Assembly: GCA_951406725.2 (NCBI GenBank)
Contig: OX597834.1
Coordinates: 21,266,001-21,330,000 of the forward strand
Reading direction: 5' to 3'
Length of the DNA: 64,000 nucleotides
Source: Octopus vulgaris
Taxonomy: Eukaryota
Shown here: positions 54,278 through 64,000 of the stretch, piece after piece
How the letters are laid out: each line of letters opens with the position of its first letter
How positions within the stretch are numbered: position 1 is the first letter of the stretch
Made by a program: the position numbers and the translations under genes
The notes under the pieces: model-generated
Databases searched by the model: none
Seen by the model: only the letters and a program-made list of their open reading frames with translations
Told to the model about the DNA's origin: nothing

Positions 54278-54643
54278 GTGTGTGTGTGGGGGGGTGTATG
54301 TTTAATTTAGAGGAAGAGGCAGAGAAAGAAAGGTTTGAGATATGATGGAGGTGTGATGACAATGGGTGAAAGGGGAAAGCAGGATAATAATATCTTGTAG
54401 ACATCTATAAAATCGAAGTTCACCTTTCACCTTTTATGCAGCTGATGGCTGGAAGAGGAGTAGGAGGGGGAGGGGAGGTCTTAATTTATCACTCCCTACT
54501 ACCATCTCTCTATTTCTCACTCCCCGCCCCCATGTCTCTGTCGTATCATCTCTCTTATTTTTTCTATCTTTAATGCAGCCACTGGTACACACACACACAC
54601 ACACACACATGTATATCACTTTTAATCTGTGCATACATCTGTA

Positions 54644-54706
<63 letters not shown>

Positions 54707-54926
54707 GTATATATATAATACATATATATATGTACATATATATATATGTATGTATGTGTATATAAAGAGTGTGATAGAGGCATGATGGATGTGGTGAGGT
54801 TAGTTACTGTGGAGGGGGACAGGCCTATAAAATCGAACTACACTTAGGCAGAAGGGAAGGAAAGGATATTAACCCACTTCTTTCTTCTCATGCTCTTTCT
54901 CCTGTTTCTGATACACATTTATCTAT

Positions 54927-54981
<55 letters not shown>

Positions 54982-55530
54982 AACATATACGTAGAAAATG
55001 AAAGAGACAGATAGACCCAATGTAAGAACCATATCTGGTGAAAATCAATAAAAATCCAAGTTCATCTTTTGGGAGATCTTAATTTTTCTCATTCTCACGC
55101 TTTCCCACACACACACACATAGGCATGCATATTCACATATATACAGAGAGAGAAAGAGATTGGTGTGTGTGTGCATGCATTGTCATGTGTGTTTTTGTTC
55201 ATCTATATTTGTGTCTGTATATCCATATATATATGTCGATTTGTATGCATATAAATATCTTTCTGTATGTGTGTAAGTACATATATGTACGTATCCTCAT
55301 GTACGTGCAGGCAGAAGCACACATACAAAAATACACAGACCGAAACACCAATGCTCCACCGGTTACAACAACATGGGCTCCAGTTGATCCAATCAATGGG
55401 ACAGCCTGCTCGTGAAATTAACATGCAAGTGGCTGAGTACTCCACAGACACGTATACCCTTAATGTAGTTCTCAGAGACATTCAGTGTGACACAGAACGT
55501 GACAAGGCTTACCCCTTTGAATTACAGGTA

Positions 55531-56348
55531 CAGTAGTCCCTTGCCATATCACAGCTCTCCTATTGTGGTTCACCTATCGCTGTTCACCTATTGCTGTTCA
55601 CCTCTCGCGGTTCACCTATAATGGTTTATTATTTAAGCTTAGGTCGATTCCTCCAAAGTGTTGTTTTGAATTTATAATACAATAAATACAATTGCAGCGT
55701 GGAAGGTGTTTATAAGCCATTTAAAAACACACAAAATCAATTAGATTCCCTTCAACATTTAAATTTGTTTTGTCAAAATATTTTCTTCGCTTTGAAACCG
55801 CAACCTGTTCACTGACAAAATTCCATGCTGCATCAGTGAACAGGTCTCGGTCTGAAAGCAATGAAAATATTTTGACAAATTAACCCTTTTGTTACTGTAT
55901 TTATTTTGAGGTGCTCTGTGTTTCTTTCAATTACTTTAAATATAACAAAGAATTTAGTAAAATAACTTAGTTATCATTAAGCTACTGTTAGGAACATAAA
56001 TTGTGGCTAAGGTTTGGTGGAAGATTTTAATTCAAAACTTATGAAAACAAAACATTTGTACTCAGATCCAGAGCCGGTTTCAGCCGGGTTGGTAACGAAA
56101 GGGTTAAATTCAGATGTTGAAGTGAATCTGATGGTTTTTGTGTGTTTTTAAATGCCTTATTCCACGCTGCAATTGTTTTTGTTTCAGCACATGATCTCAG
56201 ATCAGGTCACTTGCTATGCAAGTACATCTCTGTAATAAAATAAATATATACAAATTATAAAAATAATTAAAAAAAATATACAGCACAGTACCATTTGTAT
56301 TTCGCGGATTTTTGGAATATAACACTCGCAATAGTCGAGGGATTACTG
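55531..56348. mobile_element. pogo/Tigger-like MITE
   Basis: TA|CAGTAGTCCCTTG ... CGAGGGATTACTG|TG (11/13 TIR match; right TSD copy mutated). Confidence 0.75.
55884..56103. mobile_element. piggyBac-like MITE (220 bp)
   Basis: TTAA|CCCTTTTGTTAC ... GTAACGAAAGGG|TTAA; TTAA at 55880-55883 and 56104-56107. Confidence 0.88.
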
Positions 56349-56576
56349 TGCTACTCAGTTTTGCCAGCTGAGTGGACTGGAGCAATGTGAAATAAAGTAT
56401 CTTGCTCAAGGACACAACGCGTCACCAGGAATTGAACACAGAATCTTAGGATCATGAGCTGAATACCCTAACCTCTTGCATCTTATTTTCTCAAGCAGGC
56501 TTTTCCATTGATCAGATCAACTGGAACCCTCATCATCATAACTGTGTGGCTGCCAGTTATGCCCACACACATACAC

Positions 56577-56607
<31 letters not shown>

Positions 56608-56822
56608 TGCACACAGTGTCATTGACATCTATATATATGTATATATACACACACACATACATTTCACTACCACCATCATCATCATCATCATCACCACTAC
56701 CAACATATCATCATCATCATCATCTTCATCATCATCACTGCCATTAATCCAACTTCACACACAATATTCCTCTTTGACACTCACCAAACTGTCTTCTGGA
56801 TGTAATTCTTTGTTTTAAAGGC

Positions 56823-56861
<39 letters not shown>

Positions 56862-58692
56862 TCCCCACTCCCATGGTTCTTCCCCCACCTCCCGCCATTT
56901 CATCCCCCACCTCACCCCTATTTCCTTATCTTGTTGGACCTCTTGTCATACTGCCCCTCCTTCACTTCCTCTCCCCCACCGCATCCTTGTCTCTCTTCCT
57001 CCCTAAAGGGACCTCCTCTCACCTCCATCCACCTCCACCCCCTTTCTCTGGCTCCACCAGTTTCATTTCAAGTCTTTAATATCTCTTTCCCCTCCTCCTC
57101 CACTCCTTCTCTCTTTCCTACTCCACCTCTCACCTCTCTCTTCCCTCCTTTTTCTCTCTCTCTCCAATCTCTCTTTCTCTTCTTCTATCACTCTTTTTTC
57201 ATTCCTTTATCTCTCTCTCTTTCTCTTCTCTCCCTCTTTCTCTCTCAATTGCTCTCTCTCTCTCTCCCCGTCCCATCTCTCTTACCCTTCCACTCTCTCT
57301 TTTTCTCTTCTCCCTCCCTCTCTCCACGTCTCCGTCTTTCTCTCTCTATCTTCTCTGTCTTCCTGTCTCTCTGTCTCTTTCTCTCTCCCTCTCTCTCTTC
57401 TCTATCATTCTCTTCTATCCTATCTCTTCCTTCTCTATCTCTCTTATTTCATTTCTTTTTCTGTCTCCCTTGTAATCTCTTCCTCCTTCCCTCCCTCTCA
57501 CTCATAACAAACTTCTACCTCCCCCACCCCGTTTTCCAGGCTCTACCCCCCACCCACCCACCAAAACACTACCACCATCACCCTGACCCCATCCAGGACC
57601 TGCTAATGCCTATATGATCCTCTATATTTGTCTCCAGTTCTTTCAGACCCTAGACTCACTGGCTGACTCCAAGACCACCAACGCCCCCCCAACTCCCTCT
57701 AGACCAACCAGCCAAACTCTTTTATGTGCATTTTAACGCCCCACCCCCCAACTCCTACTCCTTCCCTCCCATAATCCTTTCTACTCTAGGGCACAAGGCC
57801 TGAAATTTTGGGGGTGGTGCTGGCTGATTCAGTCACAGACACCACTAACACCACCACTGCCGCCACCATCACAACCACCACCACTGTCTCAATGATCACC
57901 ACTGCCACCACCACTACTACCATCACCATCATCACTACCACCATATACATCATCACTTCCATCATCCTCATTGTCAACACCATCATCATCACCACCTTCA
58001 TCATGAACATCAACATCATCATCACCACCACCACCACCACCATCATCATCATCACCATCATCACCATCACTACCATCATCATCACCACCATCATCATCAT
58101 CATCACCACCACCATCATCATCATCATCATCATCATCATCACCATTGCCATCATCACCACCACACTGAAGGCACAAACACATTCCCAAGTCTGTCCCCAA
58201 TTCCTGTCTCTCCTCTCATATCTTTTATTCTAAATCATTCAATGCTTGTTTTTAGTTTATTTAATTATTTAATCATTTCTTTTCTTTCCTTCATAATTAT
58301 TAACATCGTTTTCAATCTCTATCTCAATATTTAAACATCTTGTTCCTCATCTCCTCATCCGCTCATGCTTATACATTTTGAAACCACATCTCTCATCTTT
58401 TCTCTCCACCTCCTCCTCTCTCTCTCTCTCTCTCTCTCCCCCTCTTTCACTCTCTCGCTATTATTAAATACATGCTTATTTGAGAGTGTGTATACATCAC
58501 GTTTGCATATTGGTTTTGGTAAACAGTAGAAACAGAACACAAAGCATCAGGATATATATATAATATATATCATCATCATCATTATCGTTTAACGTCCGTT
58601 TTCCATGCTGGCATGGGTTGGACGGATCTTCTTGGAAGATCTTTTTATATTCCACAGTAGGCGACCAGGGTTGTGGTGTGTGTAAATAAGAG

Positions 58693-58869
58693 CACAAGAG
58701 TTACAGAATGCAGTTGGAAAGATCCGGGCTACATATGTTTCATAGCGAACGGAACCTCAGAAGTGGTAAAATCCAAAACAAAAATGTGGATTTTACCACT
58801 TCTGTGGTTCTGCTTATTATGAAACATATCTATCTCTAATCTTTCCTACTTCACTCCATAACTCTTGTG
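58693..58869. repeat. Imperfect inverted repeat (~80-bp arms) with a 24-bp near-perfect inner stem
   Basis: GAACCTCAGAAGTGGTAAAATCCA-aaacaaaaatg-TGGATTTTACCACTTCTGTGGTTC; outer arms cacaagagtta / taactcttgtg. Confidence 0.85.
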
Positions 58870-58885
58870 TATACATATATACATA

Positions 58886-59003
<118 letters not shown>

Positions 59004-59012
59004 TATATACAC

Positions 59013-59079
<67 letters not shown>

Positions 59080-59166
59080 CATAAATATATACATATATAT
59101 ACATATATACATATATATATATGTATATATATATACACATATATATATATGTATATATATATACAC

Positions 59167-59216
<50 letters not shown>

Positions 59217-60021
59217 TCTGTCTCTTTATTTATCCATTTACCATCTATTTATTTACCCTCAGCCTCTCACAATCAATCAATTTATCAGTCTGTCAGTCTA
59301 TTTGTCTTTCTTTTGTGATTCCCTTTCTTACCATCCAAGTCTATCCTATTCTCCAGGTACCGCCAGTGTACACAAAACTTAAATAAAACCACCTCTTTCT
59401 TTAAAATTTCAAAGACAATCAACCCATTCCTTAACACTGACACCTAGCCCCATCCTCACTGCATCCCACTTGCCCAAATTCCATTCATTCATATATTCAT
59501 TCAGCCATCCATCATTCATTCATTTATTTATTTACTCAATTCTTGCATTTGTTTATTGGTTCCTTCTTATTTCCATACTCTTTAGTTTTCAAACCAGTCT
59601 CTTTGTTTACCAGGGTCCATTATTCTGAAACAAGAATCACAATAAGATATGAAGAAGAAAAAGAAAAGCATATGCTAAGTTTATGCAATCACAAACCATA
59701 AATATTACCACCACCACCACCACTAATACCACTACCACCATCATCATCATCATCAGAATTATTACTACTTGTATTATTGAGGAGGTGAGATGGCAGAGTT
59801 GTTAGCACACGTGGCAAAATTCTTGGTAGCATTTTGCCCTTCTTTACGCCGAGGTTCACTTGGCCTTTCATCCTTTCTGGGTCGATAAAAGGAGTACCAG
59901 TTGATAAATAAGTACCAGGACTCAAGAGTCATATAAGGGCCTTACATTGCATTATCAATGACTCACTTGAATGATCCTTTATAGCAATGGCTTTGTGCAT
60001 ATACGAGAATGCAGCTCATGT

Positions 60022-60060
<39 letters not shown>

Positions 60061-60063
60061 TAG

Positions 60064-60380
60064 GAGCACTCCGTTGGTTAAAACAAGGGTCCCAGCTGAT
60101 ACGATCAATGGAACAGCCTGCTCATGAAATTACCGTGCAAGTGGCTGAGCACTCCACAGACAAATGTGCCCTTAATGTAGTTCTCAGGGAGATTCAAGAT
60201 GACACAGAGTGTGACAAGGCTGGCCCCTTGAATTACAGGTACAACTCATTTTTGGCAGCTGAGTGGACTGGAGTAACAGGAAATAAAGTGTCTTGCCCAA
60301 GGACACAACACATCACCGGGAATTGAACTCACAACCTTACGATCATGAGCCAAATGCTCCAACCACTAAGCCACATGCCT
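60064..60380 (-). mobile_element. Full-length SINE family E (tRNA-derived head)
   Basis: The minus strand starts AGGCATGTGGCTTAGTGGTT...GAGTTCAATTCCCGG...TGTGTCCTTGGGCAAGACAC (CORE-like). Confidence 0.85.
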
Positions 60381-60384
60381 TCAT

Positions 60385-60762
60385 GCACAATGGCCCAGTG
60401 GTTAGGGCAGTGGACTAGTGGTTATAGGATCGCGGTTTCGATTCCCAGACCGGGCGTTGTGAGTGTTTATTGAGTGAAAATGCCTAAAGCTTCACAAGGC
60501 TCCGATAGGGGTGGGGTAATGAACCCTGCTGTACTCTTTCACCAAAACTTTTTCTCACTGTTTCTTCCTGTTTTTGTTGTACCTGCATTTCAAAGGGGTC
60601 AGCCTTGTCGCACTCTTTGTCATGCTAAATCTCCCCTGAGAACTACATTAATGGTGCACATGTTTGTGGAGTGCTCAACGACTTACACGTTAATTTCATG
60701 ATCAGGCTGTTCCATTGATCGGATCCACTGGAACCCTCGTCATTGTAACCGACAGAGTGCAA
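60385..60762 (+). mobile_element. SINE with a different tRNA-like head/centre but the same 3' half as family E
   Basis: tggcccagtggttaggg...ggtttcgattccc head; 60579-60760 is the reverse complement of 60064-60243. Confidence 0.8.
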
Positions 60763-60799
60763 CGTACATATATGTATGTACGTATATAGATATTTATCT

Positions 60800-61053
60800 T
60801 CTGTGCCGGTGGCATGTAAAAAGCACCAACCGATCATGGCCGCTGCCAAACTCCCCTGGCACCTGTGCCGGTAACACGTAAAAAGCACCCACTACACTCA
60901 CAGAGTGGTTGGCGTTAGGAAGGGCATCCAGATGTAGAAACACTACCAGATCAGACTGGAGCCTGGTGCAGCCTCCTGGCTTTCCAGATCCCAGTCGAAC
61001 CGTCCAACCCGTGCTAGCACGGAAAACGGACGTTAAATGATGATGATGATGAT
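60800..61053 (+). mobile_element. SINE-like family C copy
   Basis: Same body and ggacgttaaa(GAT)n tail as 15540-15838. Confidence 0.85.
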
Positions 61054-61062
61054 GTGTGTATA

Positions 61063-61135
<73 letters not shown>

Positions 61136-62264
61136 ATATATTTATGTGTGTGTGTGTGTAACTTAGCAGTTCAGCTGAAGGAGAGCAATAGAATAAGTGC
61201 CAGGCTTAAAATTAAGTATTGGGGTTGATTCATTCAACTAAAAAAATCCAAGGCAGTGCCCCAGCATGGTCGCACTCTAATGACTGAAACAGATTAAGAA
61301 AAAAAGGACTAGAAATGTACCACCATGCCACCACCTACCACCTCAAAGGCAAAATATGGTTCTCTACTTTGTCTCATAGTAAAAACTATATGACTTCCCA
61401 ATGTTTGGTTAAAATTGGTGCTCCAGTTATTCAGTGGACAGAAATCATTCATATCTAAAAGAGATATTGTAATGTTTTAAATATTAGCAAGAACATCCTT
61501 GCCTTTATCATTATTATTATTATTTTTTTTTTTTTTACTATTTGGTTTTTTTTTTTTGGTTATCATCTCTAGAAATGTTCTAAAACACATTTGCTGTTTA
61601 ATTGCATTTTTTATTATTATTATTATCCTCATCATCATCATCATTGTTATCGTCATCATCATCATCATCATCGTCGTCATTATTTACTGTCATTATCGTT
61701 ATATATTTATTTAACTTTGTCAGCGTGTCTGACAAATCAGAATGACGGAATATGAATCAACTGAAATAAAGAAATTGCAAAGAATAAATGTTTTATGATG
61801 ATTATTATTATTGTTGTTATTATTATTATTATTATTATCCTCATCATCATCATTTATTTCTAATAAAATTGCGTGAAATACTTTTTAGTTTTTTTAAGAA
61901 GAAAAAAAAAAAAAACAAGGATGATAGAAGAGATAAAAATAAAAATTGAAAACATCATTTGACAGACAAATGTGTGAAAATAAAATAATCCGCAGAAACT
62001 ATTTCCATTGCGAAAAAATAACAAAAACAAAAATTTCAATATTTAAAAAAAAATTCTTTTAAAAACTAAAAAAAATTAAAGATGAAAAGTAAATAATAAG
62101 ATGTACATTTAAATTTTAAAAAAAAAAGGTAAGATTGAAGATAAGATTGAGAGATTTTTTGAAAATGATTACATAGATTTTTAAAGATTATACGAAAAAC
62201 CTCGATCCTTTAGGATTCAAAACCAAATTAATTTAACATATACATATATATGTGTGTGTATATA

Positions 62265-62338
<74 letters not shown>

Positions 62339-62711
62339 ATATGCATATACATATAATGAATATGAATGTATTATATATTATCTATTTTGTTAGTTTTATG
62401 TGATATAACATAAAAGGGATCTTGCCGATATCCCTACAAACCCACATGCACCCACCAAACCTTGCCTCACCACCACCACCACTCCCAAATAATATTTATC
62501 TGATTCTTGTAATAAATGTGAAGAATGGTCCCCAAAGGTTAAGGAGATTGGTAGAGAGATTATTTTTATATTCTTGGTGACATCCCTAACCAGGGAATTA
62601 AAAAGGAATATGAAATATGATAGGAGGTTGTTTTTTTGGGTTTGGAGAATGTGTATAGGAATGGAGATGTGAGGGATTGAATGAGTAAGGTAGGGTGTAT
62701 ATGTATATGTA

Positions 62712-62743
<32 letters not shown>

Positions 62744-63142
62744 TTGTGTATCTGGATAGATGTATATGTATATATTTATATGTGTGCGTTTCTCTGTGTG
62801 TGTGTGTGCATGCATGTACATATGTGTGTGTGAATCTATATAGGTACATATATGTATATATATATATCTGTGTGTGTGTATGAATGTGTATGCATATTTG
62901 TATGTGTGTGGATTTAAGTATGTATGTCTATATATATATGTATGTGTGTGTATGCATGTATGTATGTATGTATGTATGTAGAACATAGATAACTGTTATT
63001 TATTCCAATAAAGTGTTCGCTGATGGCCTGTTGTGCTTGAGTTATCTAAATGTTCTTGGAATGCTTATTGCAGGGATCCAAACAACCATAATGGTGAAAC
63101 ATGTGTAGGAACTATAAGATAAAGTTGAGTCTATCCTTATTT

Positions 63143-63174
<32 letters not shown>

Positions 63175-64000
63175 GATAGATAGACATTGACTGGCTATGA
63201 AGGTCCAGTAGAACAAAATAGCAATGAGAGGGGTCCCTAGGCAAAACAAAAAAGCCCAGGGACCACTGCTCTGCATTGTTGCTCAATCTGTCAGAAATAG
63301 CAGCTAAATTACCCTTAAATCTCACCCAACAGGGGAAGGTTCATTCAGCAATGTATTCCTACATACCTTGTATTTAAAATGCGAGATGATCACAGCAGCT
63401 AAAATGCTCTTTGATAATGATTTTTGCTTAATGAGGGTTCACCTGGAAAGTAGATTGGGGGGAGGGAGAGGGTGGTTTAACAACAGTAATAGCAATGAAT
63501 AGTAAACCTAGCCACCCAGCCACCCAACCAGATGTGTGGCCATGATTATTATAACAGAATTTTTTTTCTAACAATCATTGAAAACACATGACTTGGTGCT
63601 TAATTGATGGAATCATACCCATTGCTTTCATAATAGGAAACCATCACCCGACAACCATCACGACAACCACCAGCACCAACATCATCGTCACCACCACCAT
63701 CACAACCTTGTGAGAAAATTTGGTGCTTAGAGACATATTTAGAAGGCCATTGTATGTATGTTAGCATGGAATGTGTGTATGTCTGTTTATATATCCTGTC
63801 TATGATTTGGCACTTTGCTAAAAACAGAAACCAATAGAACTTGGTCATTTGCTCTCTTTCTCTCTCCCTCTCTCTCTCTCTCTCCATATATATGAAAGAC
63901 CACAAATTGTAAATTCTAAACCTGATTGGTGTTCTTCTTTTGTACCTACGTCACACCTGGAGCCAACCCTGAGTCATATCCATGGTTATTTGAGATTTGG

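Larger units (their letters stand above)
55352..56475 (-). mobile_element. SINE family E split by nested DNA-transposon insertions
   Basis: 55352-55530 joined to 56351-56475 reconstitutes the intact copy at 60064-60380. Confidence 0.85.

Overview
Eukaryotic, AT-rich, repeat-saturated non-coding DNA. The repeat repertoire (several tRNA-headed SINE families amid huge (TA)n/(CA)n/(ATC)n/(ATT)n tracts) looks like an Octopus/coleoid cephalopod genome; this is recognition from memory, not a database result. No intact protein-coding gene, rRNA, true tRNA or CRISPR array is supported, and the long ORFs in the track are microsatellite translations. Visible content: many SINE copies from at least four families, some nested with clear TSDs; Tc1/mariner-, pogo-, hAT- and piggyBac-type MITEs; decayed RTE and Tx1/L1 LINE fragments; Penelope-like palindromes, including a degenerate minimal hammerhead motif; and a 12-copy 122-bp satellite. 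The best candidate functional signal is a consensus recursive-splicing site (22 pyrimidines-ACAG|GTAAGT at 37581-37612) followed 82 nt later by a second GTAAGT donor. This suggests the window lies in a very long + strand intron. A four-layer nested insertion, several inverted repeats (possible ADAR substrates) and a few microexon/enhancer-like unique islands also merit checking. All functional claims are unverified inferences.
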